Shown here in pieces: positions 36,088 to 44,614 of a stretch of 63,212 nt of DNA. The notes beneath the pieces were generated by a model that did no database searches, was not told the origin of the DNA, and saw only the letters and a list, made by a program, of their open reading frames with translations. Numbering within the stretch: the first letter of the stretch is position 1; the number at the start of each line of letters is the position of its first letter. A program made the translations under genes and the position numbers. Location: assembly GCA_021163265.1 (NCBI GenBank), contig JAGGXC010000022.1:1-63212 (forward strand). The letters are read 5' to 3'. The stretch comes from a bacterium (GTDB lineage: Bacteria; Patescibacteriota; Minisyncoccia; Minisyncoccales; JAGGXC01).

Positions 36088-37344
36088 TTATTCATACCGA
36101 AGAGCTTCAATAGGACTTAATTGCGAAGCTCTCCTCGCAGGATAAATACCAAATACAAGACCAACAATCACAGCCACTCCCACTCCTAAAACTATTGCCT
36201 TAAACGAAATAAAAAATTTCCATTGCATATGAAGCATTTTGCCAAGCACTATACCCCCAAAAAAAGAACCAAAAATTCCAAGAACTACTCCAATAATGCC
36301 TCCGATGAGAGTCAATACAACTGCTTCAATTAAAAATTGGTAAAGGATATCTTTTTTTCTTGCCCCTACTGCCTTCCTTAAACCAATTTCTTTTGTTCTC
36401 TCAGTAACAGAAACAAGCATAATATTCATTATTCCTATACCACCTACAACCAAAGCAATAGCCGCGATACTGGAAAGAAATAAAGTAAATATACCTAAAA
36501 CAGAACCTAAAGTTTGACTTGCTTCTACTTGACTCATCACTCGAAAATCGTCTTTAGTCAAATCACCTTCAGGATTATAGATATTATGCCTTTCTCGCAA
36601 AAGAACACGAATATCATCTACTGCTTCATTTATTACATCTTTGCTTTTTGCTTTAGCAACAATCCATCTTACGTGATCTACCCCTAATAATAATTTTTGG
36701 GCAGTAGTAATAGGAACATAAATATTATCATCAAGATTCATAAAAGCTTGACTTCCTCTTTTCTCGAGCACCCCAATTACTCTAAAGTTCGTTCTCTTAA
36801 TCCTTATTGTCTTCCCTATAGGATCATCATCTTTAAAAAGATCGTGAGCAATATCATATCCCAAAATAGCAACCCTCGCCTGACTTTTCACTTCTTGATC
36901 AGTAAAATCCCGACCAACAATTACCTCTGTTCCCTCAATTATGTGAGCAGCCGGAGTTGTCCCCATAAAAGTGATCTTTTTATTTATATCTCTGTATATA
37001 ACCTTTCCTGTTCCTAAGACAAAAGGAGCTGCTTCTTCAATCTCTGGAAGCTTCTCAATAGCTTCCGCATCACTAACTTTTAAGGTCTTAACCTCTATCC
37101 CTTCCATCATCGCTTCCATCATCGAAGTCTTCTTGGGATCAAAAGATCCAGGCTCAATAAAAATATTGTTAGAACCCATCGATGTAATCTGACCTACTAT
37201 TAAGTGCTGGGCTCCTGCTCCAAGAGACATCATTGCTACAACCGCTGCAATACCAATAATAATACCAAGTATCGTCAAAAAAGAACGAACTTTATTCGTT
37301 TTTAATCCTACAACAGCTGTCTTAAATAAATATAAGAAATTCAT
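36088..37344 (-). CDS. ABC transporter permease, MacB/FtsX family
   Basis: MacB-type periplasmic domain between TM1 and TM2; C-terminal FtsX domain. Confidence 0.88.
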   Translation of the reverse strand: MNFLYLFKTAVVGLKTNKVRSFLTILGIIIGIAAVVAMMSLGAGAQHLIVGQITSMGSNNIFIEPGSFDPKKTSMMEAMMEGIEVKTLKVSDAEAIEKLPEIEEAAPFVLGTGKVIYRDINKKITFMGTTPAAHIIEGTEVIVGRDFTDQEVKSQARVAILGYDIAHDLFKDDDPIGKTIRIKRTNFRVIGVLEKRGSQAFMNLDDNIYVPITTAQKLLLGVDHVRWIVAKAKSKDVINEAVDDIRVLLRERHNIYNPEGDLTKDDFRVMSQVEASQTLGSVLGIFTLFLSSIAAIALVVGGIGIMNIMLVSVTERTKEIGLRKAVGARKKDILYQFLIEAVVLTLIGGIIGVVLGIFGSFFGGIVLGKMLHMQWKFFISFKAIVLGVGVAVIVGLVFGIYPARRASQLSPIEALRYE

Positions 37345-37355
37345 AAATTGCTCTT

Positions 37356-38078
37356 CTACTTAATAAGGCCGTCTTTTGCTAAACGCCTGTGTGCAACATT
37401 ATAATCACCAACGATTTTACCATCCTTTAACTGAATGATACGCTTTGCCATCTCAGCAGTATACTTTTCATGGGTTACCAATACTATGGTATGACCCTGA
37501 TCATTAAGATGTTGTAAAATATCCATCACTTGTTGACCCGATTTACTATCAAGATTACCTGTAGGTTCATCAGCAAATATCACAGAAGGACGGTTTACAA
37601 TAGCTCTCGCAATAGCAACTCTTTGTTGTTCTCCTCCCGATAACTGATTGGGATAATAAAAAATTCTATGAGATAACCCCACTTTATCTAACGCCTCTTT
37701 AGCAAGTTTTTCTCTTTCTCGAGGAGAGATACCAGCATAAAGAAGAGGAAGCTTCACATTATCCAAAACTGTTGTCCGTGCAAGCAAGTTAAAACTTTGA
37801 AACACAAACCCCATTTGTTTGTTCCGAATTCTCGCTAATTCATCATCGCTTAATTCATCAATACTCTTTCCTCTAAACTTATACGTTCCTGAAGTAGGTC
37901 TATCTAAAAAACCCATAATATGCATAAGAGTTGACTTGCCTGATCCAGAGGGACCTGTAAGAGCAACAAATTCACCCTCTTTTATTACAAAACTAACGCC
38001 ATCTAACGCAATAGTAGGAACAACTCCAGGATATACTTTTCTGACATCTTTTGTTTCTATCATCTTATTTTTTCTCAA
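37356..38078 (-). CDS. ABC transporter ATP-binding protein (MacB/LolD-like)
   Basis: Walker [10 protein letters not shown], signature LSGGEQQR, Walker B IFADEPT. Confidence 0.93.
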   Translation of the reverse strand: MRKNKMIETKDVRKVYPGVVPTIALDGVSFVIKEGEFVALTGPSGSGKSTLMHIMGFLDRPTSGTYKFRGKSIDELSDDELARIRNKQMGFVFQSFNLLARTTVLDNVKLPLLYAGISPREREKLAKEALDKVGLSHRIFYYPNQLSGGEQQRVAIARAIVNRPSVIFADEPTGNLDSKSGQQVMDILQHLNDQGHTIVLVTHEKYTAEMAKRIIQLKDGKIVGDYNVAHRRLAKDGLIK

Positions 38079-39708
38079 TAAAAGAAATGATTTCCTCTCC
38101 CTCTTGGAGACCAGATATTATTTCTACATATCCCTCACTTCCTTTAAGACCGGTCTGTACTTCCCTAAGGGTATATTCTCCTTTTGTTTGAGGAATTCTT
38201 ACAAATTTTTTATTCTCTTTCTCTACTATAGCTCTGGAAGGAACCGCCAAAACGTTTTCTCGTTTATCCGTTATAATATCTACGCTAGCTGTCATACCTG
38301 GCTTTACTTCTATTTTGTAATTCTGAATATCATCAAGACTTACTTTCGTTTTATAATAAACTACTCCTGCTATTACAGTCTCGGCTGGATCAATTTCCAC
38401 AACCTTCCCTGAAAATTCTTTTTCTGGAAAAGCGTCTAGCGTAATTTTAGCCAAATCCCCTAAATGGACTTTTCCAATATCTACCTCAGCTACATCAATT
38501 TCAATCTGAAAAGGATCTTGAGGAATCAGAGAAAGCACTGGTTCTCCTAGATTTACTTGCTCACCTATTTCTTTGTTTATCATAACTACCTCTCCTTTAA
38601 CTGGAGCTTTAAGAATTGATTTATTAATTTGATACCTAAGAAGATCTACTTTTGCCTGAGCCTGAGTTACTTGAGCCTGGTAAAAATCAATATCTTCTTG
38701 ACGTGGTGGAGCAAGAATTAAGTCTAAATTATCTTGAGCCTTTTTCAAAGCTCCTCTTGCAGAATCAACCTCTGCTTGAGCCTTATCTATATTAGCTTTG
38801 TTTGCAATCTTTGTAAGAGAAATATTTTGTTTACTACCAACAACATTTGTTAAAGCACTATTAATATAACTTTTGTGATTATCTAAAGACATTTTATAAG
38901 TAGAAGAAACTATATTCTGCCATACTGGTTTATCACATATCTCTCTTATAATCCCGAGCGCATCATAGATTATTCGAAGATTTTCTTCAGTTTTCTCTAT
39001 GGCAAGATCAATATTTCTATAGGTTGATTCTTCCTTTGCTAGATCTAGATACTTCTTAATTATATCTCGACCGTTATTGATCCTTTCTTTCTGTTCTTTA
39101 ACATCCATACTATCCTGATTATTGGAGTTAAAATAAAGCTTTTGAATCATATTTACATCACTAGCAGCATTTGAGACTTTAATATACGAAGCATCTAGAA
39201 TATTCAAAGCATCTTCGTATGCTGACTGAAGCTTTTCACTTGCCTGATTTTTTACATTCTCTAATCCCTGCTCAGCATTTCTTAGTGCAGTACTTGCATT
39301 CTCTACAGTAGTTTTGGCAATCTCAATTTCTTCATTACTAGCCCCGGCAAGAAGCTTATTAAGCTGGGCTTTTGCTAAATTAAGAGTAGCCTCTGCTTCA
39401 TTTAACTGAATAGATAATTGCTTCGTATCAAGCTTTATCAAAAAATCACCTGGTTCAACTTCATCCCCTATCTCCACATATAATCTTTCTATTTTACCTG
39501 GCTCATCAAACCCCAAATCTATCTTATCTCCTTTCTTAACTTGACCGGTGGCTGAAACCTGCTGAATTATATCTCTTTTTTCTACTCTTACTGTCTTATA
39601 ACCGTGATTTTTCTGAGAAAAAAATATCTTATAACTTACTGCTCCGCCTATTATAATTATTAAGCCAAGGATAATAAAAACTCTAAATTTTTTGATATTT
39701 TTAAGCAT
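38065..39708 (-). CDS. HlyD/MacA-family periplasmic adaptor with extended coiled coil
   Basis: N-terminal TM, lipoyl-like halves flanking a long coiled coil. Overlaps the ABC ATPase gene. Confidence 0.85.
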   Translation of the reverse strand: MLKNIKKFRVFIILGLIIIIGGAVSYKIFFSQKNHGYKTVRVEKRDIIQQVSATGQVKKGDKIDLGFDEPGKIERLYVEIGDEVEPGDFLIKLDTKQLSIQLNEAEATLNLAKAQLNKLLAGASNEEIEIAKTTVENASTALRNAEQGLENVKNQASEKLQSAYEDALNILDASYIKVSNAASDVNMIQKLYFNSNNQDSMDVKEQKERINNGRDIIKKYLDLAKEESTYRNIDLAIEKTEENLRIIYDALGIIREICDKPVWQNIVSSTYKMSLDNHKSYINSALTNVVGSKQNISLTKIANKANIDKAQAEVDSARGALKKAQDNLDLILAPPRQEDIDFYQAQVTQAQAKVDLLRYQINKSILKAPVKGEVVMINKEIGEQVNLGEPVLSLIPQDPFQIEIDVAEVDIGKVHLGDLAKITLDAFPEKEFSGKVVEIDPAETVIAGVVYYKTKVSLDDIQNYKIEVKPGMTASVDIITDKRENVLAVPSRAIVEKENKKFVRIPQTKGEYTLREVQTGLKGSEGYVEIISGLQEGEEIISFIEKK

Positions 39709-39786
39709 ATTTATTTAGTTTCATTTATATTTATTTATCATATATATTAAAGTATATAACAAAAAGAAAACGGGAGTCAAAAAATA

Positions 39787-39812
39787 TAGGGTAAAAGCTA
39801 CCCTATATATCT
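39787..39812 (-). terminator. Rho-independent terminator
   Basis: 9-bp stem tatagggta/taccctata with T-run on the minus strand. Coordinates approximate. Confidence 0.55.
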
Positions 39813-39886
39813 TTTAGATAAGATTTTTCTAAAAAGCAGCAAAAACATTATCCACTCAACAATTCCAATTACAAAAATTATTATTC

Positions 39887-40114
39887 CTACAACCAACAAA
39901 GAAAGCGGTTGCTGAAAAAAACATTTTCTATTCCTCCTATAGTTGCAAGAACCGCTCCGATAATGGATATAATCACACTTACTATTTTACCTATCGCTAC
40001 CGGTAACATCTCTGCCAACATTCCAATAAACAGAGGAAAAACATAAATTTCTCTTGCAACATTCCTTTTCTCTTCTCTTAATTCTTCTCTTCTCTCTATT
40101 GCTTCTTTCTTCAT
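39887..40114 (-). CDS. Small membrane protein
   Basis: 75-aa ORF with GGGAGG Shine-Dalgarno, TTGACA-16-TATTAC promoter, charged N-terminus and two hydrophobic helices. Confidence 0.55.
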   Translation of the reverse strand: MKKEAIERREELREEKRNVAREIYVFPLFIGMLAEMLPVAIGKIVSVIISIIGAVLATIGGIENVFFSNRFLCWL

Positions 40115-40203
40115 CTAAAAACCTCCCTAAGGTGCTATCTTAGTAATAGCAATATAAAAGATATTGTCAAGAAAAACTATATTGTGCTCGTATTATCTAT
40201 CTT

Positions 40204-41118
40204 CTATATTACTTTTCTCTTTTTAAGATATAAAACAAAAGCTATCCATGTAAAACCTATAAGAAGCAAAATATAATAGAAAGCAAATGGATGATGCTGA
40301 AGAGGCAACGGTATATTCATTCCATAAATACCGGAGATTGCTGCCGGAAAACTAACTAAGATAGTAAAGATGGTGAGAATAGTAATAATATTATTTAATC
40401 TGTTTGAAAGCAAAATATCGTAATAACTCCGTATATTAGAAATTGTCTTCAGAGACGACTTGCAAAGATTGAATCCTTGTGTGCCTTCTACTATCAAATC
40501 TTCAAGTATTTCCTTATCTTGTTCAAAAAACTTTATTTTCCTTATAATTCTTTCATAAAGCAGATTAATGTAATAATAGGAAGAAACAAAATCATTAAGG
40601 ATATCTTCCTGTTCCAGAAGACTGGTTAGTTCCTCATCTTTTAATTCTTCTATACTTAAACGTTTTCTTCTTTGAACCTCTTTGACAATACTAATGGTGG
40701 TTTGTTCAAAACCTTCATTTATTAAAGAAAGAAGTTTAATGAGACACTTCAGCTTTTGAGTTGTAATAAATTTAATTTCTCCATTTATAATCCTCTCAAC
40801 GAAAGCCGGTTGATGCCGGGAAAGCGTAATAATACAATTCTTCCCAATAATAATAAGGTAGGTACCTAAAATATGCTCGGGAATGTTAAATACAGCATTA
40901 ATAAAGATATAGATAGTGCTATCTGTTATATCAAGTCGTGGAATTTCGTTCGGATCCAACCCTGATTCTAAGTTCCTTTTATCCAGTTTAAACTTTTTTA
41001 CCAAATATTCTATCTCTTGTTTTGTTGGATCAACTACATTGATCCAACAGCCGATTTGAAAATTAGGAATTTCTTTTATATTTTTTGACTGGAGTGTCCG
41101 TTTAAAATATTTAATCAT
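40204..41118 (-). CDS. corA: CorA-family divalent cation transporter
   Basis: YGMN motif (IYGMNIPLP) before the last TM helix. Confidence 0.88.
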   Translation of the reverse strand: MIKYFKRTLQSKNIKEIPNFQIGCWINVVDPTKQEIEYLVKKFKLDKRNLESGLDPNEIPRLDITDSTIYIFINAVFNIPEHILGTYLIIIGKNCIITLSRHQPAFVERIINGEIKFITTQKLKCLIKLLSLINEGFEQTTISIVKEVQRRKRLSIEELKDEELTSLLEQEDILNDFVSSYYYINLLYERIIRKIKFFEQDKEILEDLIVEGTQGFNLCKSSLKTISNIRSYYDILLSNRLNNIITILTIFTILVSFPAAISGIYGMNIPLPLQHHPFAFYYILLLIGFTWIAFVLYLKKRKVI

Positions 41119-41128
41119 ATTTTTACAT

Positions 41129-41479
41129 TTATAATAACTTTTTTTGAAAAAGCATCTTGGCTATTTCTTTTGCTTTCTTTTCTCCTTTCGAAGTAAGAGA
41201 AAATAAAGAAGATGGATCGCCTTTAACAAGTTTCTTATTTCTTAACAATCTTAAAGGACGATCAAGTTTCCTTGCATCGGGCCATTGGGGGAATTTCTCA
41301 AAACGAAAAATTTTAGGAAATAAAAAAAAGCACCTTTCAAGCAATCCTTCAAAACTCACTTTTTCTCTTTTCTCTGATTTCAATGAATAAAGAGAAAAAA
41401 TAATCAGATTATTAATACCCAATCGGGTATACACCTCTTCGTCAAATCTAAAGAGTTTTTTTGGGACTCTCTTTGACAT
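41129..41479 (-). CDS. Hypothetical protein, possibly winged-helix
   Basis: 116 aa, 10 nt upstream of corA. wHTH-like C-terminal pattern only. Confidence 0.45.
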   Translation of the reverse strand: MSKRVPKKLFRFDEEVYTRLGINNLIIFSLYSLKSEKREKVSFEGLLERCFFLFPKIFRFEKFPQWPDARKLDRPLRLLRNKKLVKGDPSSLFSLTSKGEKKAKEIAKMLFQKKLL

Positions 41480-41533
41480 TATTCTATATTACACTATTTA
41501 GCAAAGAAAAAAAAGAGGCAAAAATATTTGCCT

Positions 41534-42208
41534 TTATAAAAAAATATAAAATTTTAAAATATATATGCCGTATATCACCATTAAAGCGCTATCTATTCTA
41601 TCTAAAATTCCTCCATGACTTCGCAACAAAGTTCCCGAATCTTTTACCTTCATTCTTCTTTTCAAGAAAGATTCAAAGAGATCACCAAAGAATGCCAATA
41701 TCGCTACCACTAAAGAAACAACTGTTAGTTCTAAAATATTCAACGATAGCAATAGTTTTCCTAATATTAACGAGATTATCCAGCAAGTCACTATTCCACC
41801 TACAAAACCTTCGCTTGTCTTTTTGGGAGAAATAGAAGATATTTTATGTTTTCCGAATTTCTTCCCTACCAAATAAGAAGATGTATCAAACGAACCTATC
41901 AAGATAAGTACATATATCAACCAGATTCCTCCGTCTTCGCTGAATCGTAATTTATAGAACAGAAAAAGAGATATACAGAAATATACCACAAAGATTATAA
42001 CTAGAAAAAAATCTGCAATCCCTTTAGGAGAATTCTTGCTCATACGGTATATTTCGGAAACACCTAACCCCGCAAGTATCCCTAATCCAAACGCAAAAGC
42101 ATCGGAAGGTGCAAATAAAAACGGAGTGCCTACAGCAATAACCACCAAAGCAATAATAACTCTTTTTTTTAGCTTCTGCTTTCTGTCTTCAAAATTTTCT
42201 TTTTTCAA
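41534..42208 (-). CDS. cdsA: Phosphatidate cytidylyltransferase
   Basis: CdsA signature SPKKTSEGFVGG ... GDLFESFLKRRMKVKDSG...GHGGILDRIDS. TTG start after GGAGGTGA. Confidence 0.9.
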   Translation of the reverse strand: MKKENFEDRKQKLKKRVIIALVVIAVGTPFLFAPSDAFAFGLGILAGLGVSEIYRMSKNSPKGIADFFLVIIFVVYFCISLFLFYKLRFSEDGGIWLIYVLILIGSFDTSSYLVGKKFGKHKISSISPKKTSEGFVGGIVTCWIISLILGKLLLSLNILELTVVSLVVAILAFFGDLFESFLKRRMKVKDSGTLLRSHGGILDRIDSALMVIYGIYILKFYIFL

Positions 42209-42295
42209 AGTTCATCACCTCCGTAACTCTAAATTAAAAAATACTTTCTGAAATGTCAATACAAATTTATATCAACAAATATACCAACAAAAAGG

Positions 42296-42322
42296 CTCAC
42301 TAGTTAAAAAAGTGAGCCAAAT
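42296..42322 (-). terminator. Rho-independent terminator
   Basis: 7-bp stem ggctcac/gtgagcc with T-run on the minus strand. Coordinates approximate. Confidence 0.55.
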
Positions 42323-42326
42323 ATGT

Positions 42327-42548
42327 TTATACAGACGACTTCTTTCCTTTGGGCAACTTTCGCGGAGTTTTCATAATAACTTTCTCTCCTGTATATTGCC
42401 AATATCTTTTACACCTGATACATCTATGATATCCGGCGCTTCTATCGAAATAAAGAATTCCTCTGCATGCTTGATCTGGACAAATAAGGCTTTTTGTCTC
42501 TCCTGCAATTACTACTTTGTTTTGTTTTTCTTTTTTTGTTTTTTTCAT
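42327..42548 (-). CDS. Small zinc-ribbon protein (73 aa)
   Basis: CPDQAC ... CIRC four-Cys pattern. GGGGTGA Shine-Dalgarno before the internal ATG at 42548. The tracked longer ORF overlaps tRNA-Trp. Confidence 0.5.
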   Translation of the reverse strand: MKKTKKEKQNKVVIAGETKSLICPDQACRGILYFDRSAGYHRCIRCKRYWQYTGEKVIMKTPRKLPKGKKSSV

Positions 42549-42566
42549 TGATATCACCCCATATTT

Positions 42567-42594
42567 TGAAAAAAAGGAGCTGTAATTACTCCTT
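42567..42594 (-). terminator. Rho-independent terminator after tRNA-Trp
   Basis: aaggag/ctcctt stem (42574-42579 / 42589-42594) followed on the minus strand by U7. Confidence 0.6.
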
Positions 42595-42603
42595 TCTTTT
42601 GGG

Positions 42604-42677
42604 CGGGGGTGGCAGGACTCGAACCTGCAGTATTCTTCTTTTGGAGAGAAGTGGTTTGCCACTTAACCGACACCCCC
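42604..42677 (-). tRNA. tRNA-Trp (anticodon CCA)
   Basis: Acceptor GGGGGTG/CACCCCC, anticodon arm CTTCT-CTCCAAA-AGAAG, T-arm GCAGG-TTCGAGT-CCTGC, discriminator G. The variable loop parses as 6 nt. Confidence 0.8.
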
Positions 42678-42748
42678 AAGTTGTTCAGAAAAAACTTTGT
42701 AAAGCATCCGAAGCTCTTTTGCAATTCTAACATCGTAATAATGGATTG

Positions 42749-43336
42749 CTACACAACCAGGATAGTTTTCTCTAGTTCTTTTCTTAGTATTTTTTTATAA
42801 AACGATTTCAGGAATTGACTTTCAGGAATTTCAGTCAATTTAGACCAAAAATTCCTTTGTTTTTCCTCATCATGATAATCATGGAGATGCATAAGAACTC
42901 GAAATTTTCTCTCATTAATTTTAAACGATTTTCTCAAAAGATTTAAGAAGGTACTAATAAGAAAAGGATCAGAATTAACAAATCTTACTCCTTCTTTGTA
43001 ACTCTTTCCTCCTTCGCACCAATAAAGAAGAGAGCAATATATTTTAGCATGAATAGGATCCTTTTCAATTTTGTTTATTGTTTTAAAAGCGACGGACTTA
43101 TATTGTTGTTCTATCTCTGCTCTTTTTTTCTCCCAACGAAGACTAGTTTTATAATATCCTAAAAGTTTTCTTCTTTTTAATCTTTGCTGAGCTTTTTTGT
43201 TAAGTTTTACATATCTGACCCAAAGAGAAGCAGTGCTTCTAGCAATATCTAATTTGTCTGCTATCTCTTTAATTGAATATCCCCTTGCTCTTAGGTTTAA
43301 GGCTTTTTCTTTAATTTCCAAAGGAAGTCTACACAT
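42749..43336 (-). CDS. HTH plus LAGLIDADG-like homing-endonuclease-like protein
   Basis: N-terminal HTH (YSIKEIADKLDIARSTASLW). LLYWCEGGKS ... VRFVNSDPFLISTFLNLL resembles a single LAGLIDADG motif and following strands. TTGACA-16-TAAAAT promoter. Confidence 0.5.
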   Translation of the reverse strand: MCRLPLEIKEKALNLRARGYSIKEIADKLDIARSTASLWVRYVKLNKKAQQRLKRRKLLGYYKTSLRWEKKRAEIEQQYKSVAFKTINKIEKDPIHAKIYCSLLYWCEGGKSYKEGVRFVNSDPFLISTFLNLLRKSFKINERKFRVLMHLHDYHDEEKQRNFWSKLTEIPESQFLKSFYKKILRKELEKTILVV

Positions 43337-43533
43337 AAATCGAACATTATAAATGATTATATTACCCTTAATTTAATTTTATTGGAAGTAACTACCTTGT
43401 CAATTGTCAATGTCCAAAAGTAAAAAGACTATCTTTTAACCTTAGCTCTAGTTTCAATATATTAGTCTCTTCTGCGGTGTAGGTCCCGAAGTTAACAAAA
43501 TCGCTCGAATTGTTATCTCTTTTAATTTCCATA

Positions 43534-43701
43534 TCACTTCTTTACCTCCTTATGTATTGTATGTTTCTTGCACCATTTGCAAAATTTCTTCAATTCTAAC
43601 TTCTGCTCACGCAACTTCTTTGATTTATGAGTAAAATAATTGATTCTTTTACACTCCTGACACTGAAGTTTTACAAATGGTTTTTTCTTTTTCTTTGCCA
43701 T
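43534..43701 (-). CDS. rpmG: 50S ribosomal protein L33 (55 aa, absent from the ORF track)
   Basis: Manual translation [55 protein letters not shown] with the two CxxC pairs typical of zinc-type L33. Confidence 0.85.
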   Translation of the reverse strand: MAKKKKKPFVKLQCQECKRINYFTHKSKKLREQKLELKKFCKWCKKHTIHKEVKK

Positions 43702-43735
43702 AAATTTATGAGCTCCTTATGGAGCTTTACTTATG

Positions 43736-43809
43736 AGCCTGGGAGGAGAGTCGAACTCCTGACCTCCGCATTACCAGAGCGGTGCTCTAACCAACTGAGC
43801 TACCCAGGC
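43736..43809 (-). tRNA. tRNA-Thr (anticodon GGU)
   Basis: Acceptor GCCTGGG/CCCAGGC, D-arm GCTC/GAGC, anticodon loop CTGGTAA, T-arm AGGAG-TTCGACT-CTCCT. Confidence 0.88.
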
Positions 43810-43815
43810 GCCCTG

Positions 43816-43899
43816 TGGGCAGGGAGGGATTCGAACCCCCGAAGGCATGAAGCCACGTGGTTTACAGCCACGCCCGTTTGGCCACTCCGGAACCTACCC
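43816..43899 (-). tRNA. tRNA-Tyr (anticodon GUA), long variable arm
   Basis: Acceptor GGGTAGG/CCTGCCC, anticodon arm CGTGG-CTGTAAA-CCACG, 15-nt variable arm, T-loop TTCGAAT. Confidence 0.88.
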
Positions 43900-43969
43900 T
43901 TTATCTCTTCTTATTTTACTATACCAAATTTTATTTTTCAATGATTTGGAAAGAAAATCAATTTTTAAT

Positions 43970-44401
43970 TCACAAAAAATTTATTTGTTTCTTATCTTTC
44001 TCATAACTCAAAATACCTCTTTTTATCTCTTTAACTTCGATTCTCTTGGGTTTAATTTCTTTTTTCAAATACTCCAATGCTTTCGTGGGCTGTGAATGAT
44101 TGCCACAGGTAAAAATATCTACAGCTAAATAATTATATTCTGGCCAGTAATGCAAAGCAATGTGACTTTCTGCCAGTAAAACAACTCCAGTTATCCCTTG
44201 AGGCCAAAACTTATGAATAATAATCTTTAATGGAGTATTGTTGGCCTCTTTTGAAGCCTTCCCTAAGAGCTTTTTCATCTCTTCTTTATCGTCAATATTT
44301 TTTCCATTCCAAAATTCGGCGATCAAATGAATTCCCGCATATTTAACTTCACGAGAAGGTTCTCTATTCCATAAAATAGAACTCTTTGGTTTTCTGATCA
44401 T
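43970..44401 (-). CDS. speH: S-adenosylmethionine decarboxylase proenzyme (pyruvoyl, SpeH type)
   Basis: Self-cleavage motif LLAESHIALHYWPE and DIFTCG. Confidence 0.88.
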   Translation of the reverse strand: MIRKPKSSILWNREPSREVKYAGIHLIAEFWNGKNIDDKEEMKKLLGKASKEANNTPLKIIIHKFWPQGITGVVLLAESHIALHYWPEYNYLAVDIFTCGNHSQPTKALEYLKKEIKPKRIEVKEIKRGILSYEKDKKQINFL

Positions 44402-44404
44402 ATT

Positions 44405-44509
44405 AAAAAAGCCAATTGCTTAGTCTCTATTTTTCTCAAAATAGAGACCTCTTATTTCCTTTTTCAAGAAATAAGAAAAAAACAAAGAGTGAAACAAAAA
44501 GCAATTGGC
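44405..44509 (-). promoter_or_regulatory. Three-way-junction leader RNA with U-tract directly upstream of speH (candidate attenuator or riboswitch)
   Basis: P1 44411-44421 / 44499-44509 (11 bp). P2 44423-44433 / 44438-44448 (11 bp, tetraloop). P3 44450-44458 / 44468-44476 (9 bp). U6 (44410-44405), then AAU-AUG. Confidence 0.5.
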
Positions 44510-44614
44510 CGGTTAATTTCTTTAAAACCAAATCTTTTTTATCACAAAAATAAACAGGAGTCAATAAAAAAACTTTTAACTTTTCATCTTGTCATTATCC
44601 TTTTCATCTTATCA

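Noticed and set aside
40178-40195. Partial fourth copy of the repeat (TATATTGTGCTCGTATTA) between corA and a small membrane-protein gene
   Set aside because: Only 9 contiguous nt (ATATTGTGC) match, and the orientation relative to the downstream promoter is opposite to copies 1 and 3. It could be chance in AT-rich DNA, but is worth including in a genome-wide motif search.
42549-42662. Long form of ORF 42327..42662
   Set aside because: The N-terminal 38 codons overlap tRNA-Trp and its terminator. Only the 73-aa zinc-ribbon part, with a Shine-Dalgarno, is plausible. Even that is uncertain, because a terminator lies about 20 nt upstream.
43407-43532. 41-codon ORF (MEIKRDNNSSDFVNFGTYTAEETNILKLELRLKDSLFTFGH) starting 2 nt after the rpmG stop
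   Set aside because: It is not hydrophobic, so it is not SecE. It has no recognisable motif and overlaps the promoter of the next gene. It is kept only as a note.
43627-44095. Plus-strand ORFs 43627..43944 and 43847..44095
   Set aside because: They overlap rpmG, tRNA-Thr and tRNA-Tyr on the other strand, so they are spurious.
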